In this document: positions 1 through 8,472 of the stretch, piece after piece
How positions within the stretch are numbered: position 1 is the stretch's first letter
Layout of the letters: each line of letters opens with the position of its first letter
NCBI GenBank assembly: GCA_038214755.1
Contig: JBBQRQ010000069.1
Coordinates: 1 to 26,812 of the forward strand
From: Verrucomicrobiota bacterium
Lineage (GTDB): Bacteria; Verrucomicrobiota; Verrucomicrobiia; Limisphaerales; CANJXF01
DNA: 26,812 nucleotides
Direction: 5' to 3'
Made by a program: the position numbers and the translations under genes
The notes under the pieces: model-generated
The model's database searches: none
Seen by the model: the letters and a program-made list of their open reading frames with translations, nothing else
Told to the model about the DNA's origin: nothing

Positions 1-1823
1 ATGTGCCGAGTCATTTCCTCGATTTGCCGCATGAAGTCGGCGCGTTTCAACTGGCCACGCTCCATTTGACGAAGTTGAAATTCCCAATCGCCAGTTAATT
101 CCGGCGAGGAAAGTTCAGGAACGCCAAGACCCCGCAACAGCGTGATGAGCGACATGCCTTTGGCCGTGGCCTGCAATTCGCGGCCATTGCGCAAAATATA
201 TTTTTCCCAAAGCAACCCTTCGATGATGGCGGCGCGCGTGGCGGGTGTGCCGAGACCCTTGGCGCTCATCGCCTCGCGCAATTCTTCGTCCTCGATCAAT
301 TTTCCCGCGCCTTCCATCGCGCTTAGAAGTGTCGCTTCGGAAAAACGCGCGGGCGGTTTGGTCACGTTGGCGATCACTTCGACCTTCGTCGTTTGGACTT
401 TTTCGTTCGGCGTGACCGCCACGAGCGTCGGGGTCTCTTCGGTTTCCAATTCGCGACCGTAAACGGAAAGCCAGCCCGGATTGACCATCACTTTTCCTTC
501 GCTCTTGAACGCTTCTTCGGCAACGCGCGTGATGCGAGTGGTGACGAGAAATTCCGCCGCCGGATAAAACACCGCGAGAAAACGTTTCGTGACGAGGTCG
601 TAAAGTTTTTGTTCCGGTTCGCTCAGATGTTTCGGCGTTTGCTGCGTGGGAATGATGGCGAAGTGATCGGAGATTTTCGCGTTATTGAAAATCCGCTTGT
701 TCGGTTTGACCCAATCGTTTTTCAAAATGGTTTCGGCAAAACCGCTGTAATTTGTGTCGCGCAAAACATCGAGAGTCTTTTTCACCGTCGCCAGATAATC
801 TTCCGGCAACGCGCGGGAATCGGTTCTTGGATACGTCAAAACTTTGTGGCGTTCGTAAAGCGCCTGCGCGAGACCTAAAGTGTTTTTCGCGGAAAAACCA
901 AATCGTCCGTTCGCCTCGCGTTGCAAACTGGTCAAATCGTAAAGCAGAGGCGAAAGTTGCGTCGTCGGTTTGCTTTCCTCAGTCACGACACCTGGTTGGC
1001 CCAGACATTTTGCTCGAATGGTTTCGGCGCGCCCCGCCTCCCAAAGTCGTTCGGGTTTAAGATCAGTCTCGCCCTCTTTTTTTTCGCGAGAAAATTCTTC
1101 ATCGAACCAACGTCCAGGATATTCGCCTTTTTTGGCGGCAAATGTTCCGTGAATCTCCCAATAATCTTTGGGGACAAATTTCTTAATCTTCTCCTCGCGC
1201 TCGACGATGATCGCCAGCGTCGGCGTCTGCACGCGGCCAACCGTGGTGAGATGAAATCCGCCGCTCTTGGAATTGAAGGCGGTCATGGCGCGAGTGCCGT
1301 TGATGCCGACGAGCCAATCCGATTCCGAGCGGCAAACCGCGGCATCGGCCAGCGGGAGCATCGACGCATCGTCGCGCAACCCGGCAAAACCTTCGCGAAT
1401 GGCGGCCGGCGTCATCGATTGGAGCCAAAGACGTTGAATCGGTTTTTTGCTTTTGGTGAATTGAATGATGTAGCGGAAAATCAGTTCGCCCTCACGCCCG
1501 GCGTCACAGGCGTTGATCAAGCTGGTCACGTCCGCGCGCTTGATCAGTCTCGTCAAAACTTTCAGGCGCGATTCTGTTTTTTCGATCGGGCGAAGGTCAA
1601 ATTTTTCGGGGATAACGGGAAGATGGGCGAAGGTCCATTTGCCGCGTTTGACTTCAACGCCCTCGGGCAAACAGAGTTCGAGCAAATGGCCGATGGCCGA
1701 CGAAATAACATATTTCTCACTCTCGAAAAACTCTTTGCTTTTGTCCTGCGTGAAGCCGCCGAGCGCTTTGGCAATGTCGGCGGCGACGGATGGTTTCTCG
1801 GCGATGATCAGTGCTTTGCCCAT
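1..1823 (-). CDS. topB: DNA topoisomerase III (type IA), 5' part; the gene runs off the left edge of the window
   Basis: Translated manually from the ATG at 1823: MGKALIIAEKPSVAADIAKALGGF (Toprim AEKPS). Also seen are NACDAGREGELIF, SAGRVQTPT, ITYPRTDSR and GLGTPATRAAIIEGL. It is absent from the ORF track because there is no stop in the window. Confidence 0.93.
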   Translation of the reverse strand, partial: MGKALIIAEKPSVAADIAKALGGFTQDKSKEFFESEKYVISSAIGHLLELCLPEGVEVKRGKWTFAHLPVIPEKFDLRPIEKTESRLKVLTRLIKRADVTSLINACDAGREGELIFRYIIQFTKSKKPIQRLWLQSMTPAAIREGFAGLRDDASMLPLADAAVCRSESDWLVGINGTRAMTAFNSKSGGFHLTTVGRVQTPTLAIIVEREEKIKKFVPKDYWEIHGTFAAKKGEYPGRWFDEEFSREKKEGETDLKPERLWEAGRAETIRAKCLGQPGVVTEESKPTTQLSPLLYDLTSLQREANGRFGFSAKNTLGLAQALYERHKVLTYPRTDSRALPEDYLATVKKTLDVLRDTNYSGFAETILKNDWVKPNKRIFNNAKISDHFAIIPTQQTPKHLSEPEQKLYDLVTKRFLAVFYPAAEFLVTTRITRVAEEAFKSEGKVMVNPGWLSVYGRELETEETPTLVAVTPNEKVQTTKVEVIANVTKPPARFSEATLLSAMEGAGKLIEDEELREAMSAKGLGTPATRAAIIEGLLWEKYILRNGRELQATAKGMSLITLLRGLGVPELSSPELTGDWEFQLRQMERGQLKRADFMRQIEEMTRH

Positions 1824-1985
1824 GAAAATGTTCGCGACTATTACGCTCAATGGGTTGCCCGATGCAACTTGTTTTAATTTTTTTGCGGTGCGAACTGGTC
1901 GCTTCGGCTATCGATAAACCCGTGAGTTTTACTTCGCAGAATTTTTTGAAAGGGGACGGTTAAACTTGAATTCCGAAACGCTCGA

Positions 1986-2128
1986 CCTCACCCCGGCCCT
2001 CTCCTCCGAGGAGAGGGAGAAAGTTATTCAGCCTCTGAAAATGTTCACCGTTGAGTGACTGATCGAGCGACTGGTTGAGCGGAATCGTTGCAGGCTCCCT
2101 CTCCTCGGGGAGAAGGTTAGGGTGAGGG
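1986..2128. repeat. REP-like inverted pair (CCTCACCCCGGCCCTCTCC..GGAGAGGGA type)
   Basis: 1986-2018 and 2096-2128 are inverted imperfect copies, and each is itself a hairpin. Confidence 0.8.
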
Positions 2129-2159
2129 CGAGCAAGTTTCTCCACTGAATGAGTACGAC

Positions 2160-2465
2160 TCACGGGGCGGTTTGCAGCCGTTTTTGCAAAGAGGATTCTC
2201 CAGTGGCAGCGCGCAATTCCTTCAACTCCTCCTTTTGTCGCGCGATTTGCGCGTCGAATTCCGCCGAGTGGTCGTAATAAAAAGCGAGCGCAGAGTGAAT
2301 CTCAGCGAGTGAAAGATTCGGGTGTTGTTCGTGAATGGCGTCGGCGCTCCAACCGTAGGCGAGATGATCCAGCACGACTTCGATGACCTTCACATTTTTT
2401 CCAGCCAACCACGGCACCCCTTTGGCATCGCGAACAATGTGGGGGATGGTATCCGCCGCTGTCAT
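2160..2465 (-). CDS. DUF433 family protein (VapB45-like antitoxin/wHTH), no adjacent toxin
   Basis: The pattern G.P.L.G..V.V.EV......GWS...I....P.LSLAEIHSALAFYYDH is typical of DUF433. Confidence 0.85.
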   Translation of the reverse strand: MTAADTIPHIVRDAKGVPWLAGKNVKVIEVVLDHLAYGWSADAIHEQHPNLSLAEIHSALAFYYDHSAEFDAQIARQKEELKELRAATGESSLQKRLQTAP

Positions 2466-2471
2466 GGGGAA

Positions 2472-2500
2472 ACTTTATCGCGGCGTGTTGTCGAGCGCAA
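2472..2500 (-). promoter_or_regulatory. Candidate sigma70 promoter giving a leaderless DUF433 transcript
   Basis: The minus strand reads TTGCGC-17 nt-TAAAGT-6 nt-ATG, with no Shine-Dalgarno sequence. Confidence 0.5.
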
Positions 2501-2579
2501 CGGCAAGTTGCTTCGTCAGACGCGACGACAACTCGACAATGCGGAAATGCCGTTTAACCTTCAAACTCAAGTCTGAAAT

Positions 2580-3335
2580 ATGTTCCTCGACATGATTCAC
2601 GGAACGATTGATCGGCGCGTTCTCCTAAATTATCGCCTCGATCCCGAAATCCTTCGTCGCGCGCTTCCCCGCCCCTTTCGGCCCAAGCTCTATCGTGGTC
2701 ATGCGATTGGCGGAGTTTGCCTGATTCGTTTCAAAGGACTGCGACCTCGGTTCGCGCCGGAGTTTTTCGGGCTTGGATCCGAAAACGCGGCGCATCGATT
2801 CGCCGTCGAGTGGGAGCAGGATGGAAAACAATGCGAAGGAGTTTTTATTCCACGACGGGACACGAATTCCTGGTTCAACAAATCCTTGGGAGGACGGGTT
2901 TTTCCCGGAATCTTCGAGCGAAGCCGCTTTGAGATTCGCGAAACGACCTCGTCCGTTTCCGTTCAAATTACTCGAGCAGATGGCGGGCAAGAAATTTCCT
3001 TTTCGGGGCATGTCAGCGATGCGTTGCCGGCTTCCAGCATTTTTCCTTCAGTCGCGGAAGCAGCGGGATTCTTCTCGTTGGGTGCGACCGGTTACTCGGC
3101 AACCTGGTCAGAAAATCATTATCACGGAATGGAATTAAGTTCGCTTGATTGGACAGTTGAGCCGCTTGCGATAGAGGCAGCGCATTCCTGTTTTTTCAAT
3201 GATCCAACACGATTTCCACCGGGCGCGGCGGAGTTGGACTGCGCCTTATTGATGCGAGGCATCGAACATCAATGGCACAGCCGGCCCGATCTTTACTTGT
3301 CCGCAACTGGCGATTCGCTCACAACTCGCAAATAG
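2580..3335 (+). CDS. DUF2071/YqjF-like protein
   Basis: 251-aa ORF. RRVLLNYRLDPE..LP.PFRP and GGVCLIRF..LRP...SENAAHR resemble DUF2071-domain proteins. Confidence 0.7.
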   Translation: MFLDMIHGTIDRRVLLNYRLDPEILRRALPRPFRPKLYRGHAIGGVCLIRFKGLRPRFAPEFFGLGSENAAHRFAVEWEQDGKQCEGVFIPRRDTNSWFNKSLGGRVFPGIFERSRFEIRETTSSVSVQITRADGGQEISFSGHVSDALPASSIFPSVAEAAGFFSLGATGYSATWSENHYHGMELSSLDWTVEPLAIEAAHSCFFNDPTRFPPGAAELDCALLMRGIEHQWHSRPDLYLSATGDSLTTRK

Positions 3336-3431
3336 CTTCTACAATTTCTAAAAATTTTCATTGGCAAAAATATTTTCGCGATGAACAGTCTTCGCGTTCT
3401 TTGAAACTCAAAGGATGGTTCGCCATCCATC

Positions 3432-3580
3432 ACGGCCAAATTTTGGGAACCCGGTGAAAATCCGGGACGGTTGCGCCACTGTTACGGGCTACAAACTTCC
3501 ATTGCCACTGGTTCCGCTCGCGGAGCTGGGAAGGCGGGAGGGCGGTTCGATGCCCGAAGTCAGGATACCAATTTGGTTGT
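3432..3580 (+). ncRNA. Cobalamin (B12) riboswitch aptamer
   Basis: Canonical motifs occur in order: GGGAA, CCGGTGAAAATCCGG, GCCACTGT, GCCACTG...GGGAAGGC and AGTCAGGATACC. A closing stem ACGGCCAAATT/AATTTGGTTGT is present. Confidence 0.9.
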
Positions 3581-3612
3581 GCTCGTCGCGGTGGGGAAAG
3601 GATGAGGGATTA

Positions 3613-3686
3613 AGAGTTGAGGGTTGAGAGTCAGAAAGCGTGGAAGCGCCTGGTCTCTCAACCATCAACTCCCAAACTCTCAACCC
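3613..3686. repeat. Inverted heptamer tandem repeats (GAGTTGA/GGGTTGA ... TCAACC/TCAACTC)
   Basis: A purine-rich heptamer run is followed by its approximate complement inside the riboswitch leader. Confidence 0.6.
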
Positions 3687-3806
3687 GCCTCCGCCAACTT
3701 CTCCGACAAAGAGAAGGATGAGGCCAGCCCGCTAAAACTGTTTTTTGGCGGATTCGTTGAATGCCTTCATTCCCCGTTTTGTCGGAGTTTGAAGGTTTTT
3801 TTATTT

Positions 3807-3891
3807 TGCAGCGGCGCGTCTGTGACCGCCGCTGAAAAAATACAGCGCCTCGTGTTTTGCCAATGGCGGCGGTCAGAGACGCGCCGCTACA
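3807..3891. repeat. GTAG-type REP inverted pair
   Basis: GCAGCGGCGCGTCTGTGACCGCCG (3808-3831) versus CGGCGGTCAGAGACGCGCCGCTAC (3867-3890). Confidence 0.8.
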
Positions 3892-3973
3892 AGACTCTTC
3901 AAACTCCGCGCTGGTCTCTCAATCACAAAACCGTTTTACAAAATTTTTGTGAAACAAAATTGAAAGATCGGTC

Positions 3974-4957
3974 ATGTTAAAAAAATATTCCACGCTGGCT
4001 TTGGCCGGCCTTATCCTCGTTCAAGCTTCGGTCAACGCAGTGACGCTCACCGAAAATTTTTCCACCAATCCGCTGGCCACTGGCTGGAAAATTTTCGGCG
4101 AGACCAATTTGTTTCAGTGGGATCCCACCAATCAAAATCTCCGTGTCACCTGGGATTCTTCCCGCGCCAACAGCTATTTCCACCGCTCGCTCGGAACGAT
4201 TCTCGCCACGAATGATAATTTCGCTTTGTCGTTTGATTTGCGTTTGAGCGACATCGCCATCGGCGTGAACACCAACAAGCCCTTCACCTTTCAGATCGCG
4301 CTCGGCTTTTTGAACCTAGCCAATGCGACGAATGCCAATTTCATTCGCGGCTCCGGTTTTCAATCACCTAATCTCGTCGAGTTGGATTATTTTCCCGACT
4401 CAGGTTTCGGCGCGACGATTTCGCCGACCATTATTTCCAGCAATCAGGTTTATGCGAACGGCGGATTTAGTTTTCCGTTTGAACTGACGCCCAACGATTT
4501 ATTTCACGTCGCCATGAATTACACCGCGAGCAATCAGATCATGAAAACTTTGATGACAAAAAACGGCGCGGCTTTCGGCCCGATTGCTGATGTTTATTTC
4601 GGAACAAACTTCACCGACTTTCGCGTCGATACTCTGGCTGTTTCCAGCTACAGCGATGCTGGACAAGATCCTGGTTTTTCGGGTTCAATTCTCGCGCACG
4701 GTGTCGTCGATAATTTTGTTGTGACGGTTCCGAATCCGCCGATTGAAAATTTAGCTGGCGGTTTTACGAACCATTTTTGGCAAATGCAATTCAACAGCCG
4801 AACAAATTTCATTTACGTTTTGGAACGCACGACTGATTTGCAAGCGTGGACCACGGCTTCGAGCACGGCGCAGGGAAATGGAGGCGCTTTAGTTTTGCAG
4901 GACACCAATTCCATTTTGGAAAAAGCATTTTATCGCGTGCGCGCGGACCGTCCATGA
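3974..4957 (+). CDS. Secreted beta-rich protein of unknown function downstream of the B12 riboswitch, with a C-terminal 'FYRL'-type domain
   Basis: 327-aa ORF with a Sec signal peptide (MLKKYSTLALAGLILVQASVNA). It ends QDTNSILEKAFYRV. Confidence 0.8.
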   Translation: MLKKYSTLALAGLILVQASVNAVTLTENFSTNPLATGWKIFGETNLFQWDPTNQNLRVTWDSSRANSYFHRSLGTILATNDNFALSFDLRLSDIAIGVNTNKPFTFQIALGFLNLANATNANFIRGSGFQSPNLVELDYFPDSGFGATISPTIISSNQVYANGGFSFPFELTPNDLFHVAMNYTASNQIMKTLMTKNGAAFGPIADVYFGTNFTDFRVDTLAVSSYSDAGQDPGFSGSILAHGVVDNFVVTVPNPPIENLAGGFTNHFWQMQFNSRTNFIYVLERTTDLQAWTTASSTAQGNGGALVLQDTNSILEKAFYRVRADRP

Positions 4958-4976
4958 GCGACGGAGAAAAACACAT

Positions 4977-5177
4977 CCGGGTAGCATCTGCCTCCGGCGG
5001 GTGCGGATCAAAAACCTGGGTAGCATCTGCCTCCGGCGGGTGCGAAAAGTTTTCATCGTTTTTCGAGAAGCGGAGAGCCTGTTCGCTTAACTTAAAAAAT
5101 TGTGCCGCACCCGCCGGAGGCACAGAGATGAGGCAACCATGAATTTGTTTTCTCTGTGTCTCTGTGCCTCTGTGGTT
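4977..5177. repeat. REP cluster: two tandem GGGTAGCATCTGCCTCCGGCGGGTGCG copies, one inverted partial copy and a CTCTGTG-type tandem repeat
   Basis: Identical 27-mers at 4979-5005 and 5018-5044, an inverse copy at 5106-5122, and CTCTGTGT/CTCTGTGC repeats at 5152-5176. The same family recurs at 14633-15087. Confidence 0.85.
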
Positions 5178-5264
5178 CGACCTTTGTTCTGGAAATCACG
5201 TTTTGCCGCCCTCCTCGAAAACGAAATCCCTTGATCGTCACAAAAAATAGAGTCCGTCCTATTT

Positions 5265-5618
5265 TTATTCCTCCTCGTTTTTACCTTCGATATGAAGACG
5301 ATGCAGCAGCCGATGCGCGAATGGCGCAATCAATAAGGTCGCGACTCCAATAATGATCAATCCGCAAAACAACGCGTAACACGAAGCAAAAATTTTCGCG
5401 CCGGAAGTTTGGAGTGTGCTGACCGGGCCCATGCCGCCGAGAATCATGGAGGCATCGAGCAGCGCATCGATCCAGGCGATCCCGGCGAGAAAATGATACC
5501 CTAAAATCCCAATGGCCAACACGGCCGCGATGACGCCAAGCGCCAGCGAAACATGGAGCAAGACACGTTTGGTAAAAGCTTTTCGACTCAGAAGTTTTTT
5601 TGTGCGGTGTTCGTACAT
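5265..5618 (-). CDS. Small two-TM membrane protein resembling a K+-channel pore module (Ion_trans_2-like)
   Basis: ATG at 5618 (MYEHR). TM1 is followed by GYHFLAGIAWIDALLDASMILGGMGP and then AKIFASCYALF-TM2. Confidence 0.7.
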   Translation of the reverse strand: MYEHRTKKLLSRKAFTKRVLLHVSLALGVIAAVLAIGILGYHFLAGIAWIDALLDASMILGGMGPVSTLQTSGAKIFASCYALFCGLIIIGVATLLIAPFAHRLLHRLHIEGKNEEE

Positions 5619-5700
5619 TGGAAGATCCGACACCGAAACTGAACCTCTGAGGAGGAAATAGCAAACTTACTTGCCGTCGCTGGCGAAGGCCGATGACATC

Positions 5701-5768
5701 GGAGCCGCCGACGTAAGGAGGCGGATTCAACCGACACCACAAATCCGCCTCCTCACGTCGGCGGCTAC
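5701..5768. repeat. GTAG-type REP inverted pair (GTAGCCGCCGACGTGAGGAGGCGG)
   Basis: 5701-5727 versus 5742-5768. Related copies occur at ~6871-6892 and 20254-20319. Confidence 0.85.
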
Positions 5769-5782
5769 GACTCGTGCCCGCA

Positions 5783-6769
5783 TCAGGGCAAAGCCAAACG
5801 ATAAAATCGTTGCGTGTTGCTCAGAAAATCTTTCACCACGGAATTGGTTGGTTCACCAAATGCCGGAAGGTTGGTGAGGGTCAGCCATGCATTCTGTCCA
5901 AACCCATTCCGATATTCGACCGTGTAGGTCTGATTGGCTTCCGCAAAAAATTTCAGTTCGACGACATTGCTTCTCACAGTCACCTGGTTTATTCGCGGAA
6001 TAAAATAATTCACTTCGAGAATCGGCGCGCGATTTGTATTTTCGCGTGAACCAAAGCGCCGCGCGGTAAAATTCGTTCCTTCGATTTGCGTCAACAACAT
6101 CCAGCCAAAATTATTAGTTGGCTGATTGAGCCAGCTTTGAACGTCGGCAATCATTTGCGGATTTGAATCAAACGTGGAGATGGGAAAAAACATCGGGGCA
6201 TAAACATATTGTTCGCCGCTCGCCACAGTCGAAAAATCCACGCCACTCGCGCCGCCGGGACTGCTCCATGTATTCGTCGTGAACGCAAAACGATAAACCC
6301 AATTCGCTTCGTTGGTGGTCGCAGGCGCGCCGAGACTCGGCGGCTGTCCGCTTTTATTTCCTTCGCCCCAGTCGCGCAACATTCGCCGCAGTTCAAACGT
6401 CGATGGAGTATCGTGATCTGTTTCCACCGTGGCGCCCGTGACTTCAAGCGTCAGGCTGGCCAAGGTGATTTTTGCGTTGGCTGGAAGATGTGCGGCGATA
6501 TCAAATTTGAGCAGGCCACGATTCCTGGTGTAAGTCTGAGTCGTGCCCGAATTGAAATAAAGTTGGCCGCCAAAATTATTGGAAGGAAAGGCTTGCAACA
6601 ATGTGGTGTCGGCAGAAGGAGTCAGGTAAACGGTTTCCGCGAGAATAATTTTGACGTGCGAGATTAGAAACAGGAACAGGATTAAAGCCAAATTCCGAAA
6701 TCCAAATCCCCGAAATCCGAAAGAAGATCGAAATCCGAAGGCCGAAATCGCGTTAAGCCGCCCGCACAT
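5783..6769 (-). CDS. Secreted DNRLRE-like domain protein with C-terminal 'FYRL' domain (start uncertain)
   Basis: Motifs LTPSADTTL...NFGG...RNRGLLKFDI..LPANAKITLASLTL and DVQSWLNQPTNNFGWML...F.SRE...P.LEV. There is a hydrophobic signal segment, and the protein ends QRFYRL. Confidence 0.75.
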   Translation of the reverse strand: MCGRLNAISAFGFRSSFGFRGFGFRNLALILFLFLISHVKIILAETVYLTPSADTTLLQAFPSNNFGGQLYFNSGTTQTYTRNRGLLKFDIAAHLPANAKITLASLTLEVTGATVETDHDTPSTFELRRMLRDWGEGNKSGQPPSLGAPATTNEANWVYRFAFTTNTWSSPGGASGVDFSTVASGEQYVYAPMFFPISTFDSNPQMIADVQSWLNQPTNNFGWMLLTQIEGTNFTARRFGSRENTNRAPILEVNYFIPRINQVTVRSNVVELKFFAEANQTYTVEYRNGFGQNAWLTLTNLPAFGEPTNSVVKDFLSNTQRFYRLALP

Positions 6770-6861
6770 AAAAGTGTTTCGTGGAGGTGTTTCACCGTCA
6801 GGCATTCGGGCTTGAGGTGTTCGGATTTCTTTCGGCATCCGGATTTCGAGCTTCGGTTTTC
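6693..6861. repeat. Inverted CCGAAAT/ATTTCGG heptamer-type repeat pair
   Basis: A CCGAAAT-like run at 6693-6750 and a TTCGGAT-like run at 6805-6861. Confidence 0.7.
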
Positions 6862-6892
6862 ACGAATCCCACCTCCTTACGTCGTCAACTAC

Positions 6893-8470
6893 CTACACGA
6901 GATCCAATTCACCCATGATTTCCGTGCCGTCGATGGATGAAGTTCCGCGGCTCAACAAACTTTCCCCGCTGACCGCGTATCCCGGAATGATCCGATTGAT
7001 TTGATTTGATGTTGCGCCCAAATGTTCACGAATAATTTCTCCAAGCACCGAACGATAATCTATAACGCGTTGGAGATAACGCCCACTCACGCCATACATC
7101 GAGCCGGTGGTTCCCGTCTGCCACGGAATGGGATCGCCGGTGTGACACCCAAATGCGCCGGAGACGCGTCCATTCTTGCCGTAACCTTTCACGCCACCGC
7201 CCGCAACGAACATCAATCCCGCTTCGGCGTGATCGGTTCCGCCAGAAGTATTTTGCACAGTCGTGCGCCCAAACTCAGTCAGCGTCACGACAATCGTGTT
7301 GTTCCAGGTCGCCTTGTTCGCGTAATTGGAAAAATATTTTCTCAACGCGTAGATCGCCCAGGCAATTCGGGTTTGAAGATTCGCGTGGTCGCCCGTGATG
7401 CCCCCCTGATTGTTGTGCGTATCGAACCCGCCCATTTCCGTGCCGGCAATGATCGCATCGGTGTTGTTCAAAATCATCGCCGCGCCTTTGAGTTGTTCAA
7501 AGAAACCGTACGCGCCGGTATCGACGACGAATTTCGCCGCAGTCGCGCCGCCATTTTTTGAATCGGAAGTTGGAAAAAGATAATAGGGCGAGGAACCCGC
7601 GCCGTCGGAATTCGCGTTGTCCACGAAAGTATTCCCCGTCTCCTGGAAATTGATGCCGGCAAAAATATCCAGCGTGTCGAGCATGTTTTTATATTGGAGC
7701 GACAAGAGTGGGCGGCTGCGTTTGTCCGCGAACCTGGAATTCTGCGCGGCCAGCAAAATATTTTTCGCCTTCAAATCGCCGGAGAGTGGGTCGCTGGGCA
7801 CACCCATCAAATCGTAGCGCGTCGGGTCGGACAAATTGGTCATCGCCGCTTGCGTTCCGCGAAAGAGCAGCGGCAAGCCGGATTGAATCGAAACGCCGGT
7901 CAGCGGATTACTCGAAGTCAACCCCGACTCCAAAAGTGTGCGATAGAAAATTCCTTCGCGCAAAACTGAGTTAGGCTCGCCGCTTTCCCAATAGGCTTGC
8001 GAATCAAAATGGGAACGGGATTGTTTTGGGTAGCCAACGCGATGCACCAACGCCAGATCGCCCGCGTTGTAAACCGGCGCGAGAAATTTCAGCGAAGGAT
8101 GCAACGCGGCAAATCCATTCCCCAGCTTGATCGCGTTTGCATATTGAAACGTCGAGGCGAGGCCGGTCGGAAATTCGCAGGCGCTGGCGGTTCCATAGTT
8201 CACCCCGCCATCCTGTGGAATAAAAATGCCCGGCCGGATGCCCGCCCCATAAGCGTTATCGCCGACTGGGATCACGGAATTGAGCGCATCATTCGCGCCG
8301 CGCAAAAAGATGAAGAGCAATTTTTTCCCATTCGTTCCAATGTTTCCTTCGGCCAGCGCTCGCTTGACGAAGGGCGGCAGATTCATGAGCGAAGCCAATC
8401 CAATTCCCGCTCCCGCTTTGAGCGAATGTTGCAGAAAACCGCGCCGGGAAATGACGTTGATGTTGGGCAT
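6893..8470 (-). CDS. DUF1501 family protein, Tat-exported
   Basis: Twin-arginine signal SRRGFL. Motifs IFLRGANDALN, RSHFDSQ, GGFDTH, TEFGRT and GGTDH. Confidence 0.9.
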   Translation of the reverse strand: MPNINVISRRGFLQHSLKAGAGIGLASLMNLPPFVKRALAEGNIGTNGKKLLFIFLRGANDALNSVIPVGDNAYGAGIRPGIFIPQDGGVNYGTASACEFPTGLASTFQYANAIKLGNGFAALHPSLKFLAPVYNAGDLALVHRVGYPKQSRSHFDSQAYWESGEPNSVLREGIFYRTLLESGLTSSNPLTGVSIQSGLPLLFRGTQAAMTNLSDPTRYDLMGVPSDPLSGDLKAKNILLAAQNSRFADKRSRPLLSLQYKNMLDTLDIFAGINFQETGNTFVDNANSDGAGSSPYYLFPTSDSKNGGATAAKFVVDTGAYGFFEQLKGAAMILNNTDAIIAGTEMGGFDTHNNQGGITGDHANLQTRIAWAIYALRKYFSNYANKATWNNTIVVTLTEFGRTTVQNTSGGTDHAEAGLMFVAGGGVKGYGKNGRVSGAFGCHTGDPIPWQTGTTGSMYGVSGRYLQRVIDYRSVLGEIIREHLGATSNQINRIIPGYAVSGESLLSRGTSSIDGTEIMGELDLV

Positions 8471-8472
8471 AA

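Noticed and set aside
142..1877. Long plus-strand ORFs (for example 921-1877, 318 aa)
   Set aside because: They are antisense shadows of topB.
3934..3960. TTTTACAAAATTTTTG as a third copy of the two-component operator
   Set aside because: Only one half-site matches, and the CTTAACAA half is missing.
4979..5044. Two identical 27-bp direct repeats resembling a mini-CRISPR
   Set aside because: There are only two copies with a 12-bp spacer and no cas genes. Inverted and dispersed copies elsewhere indicate a REP family.
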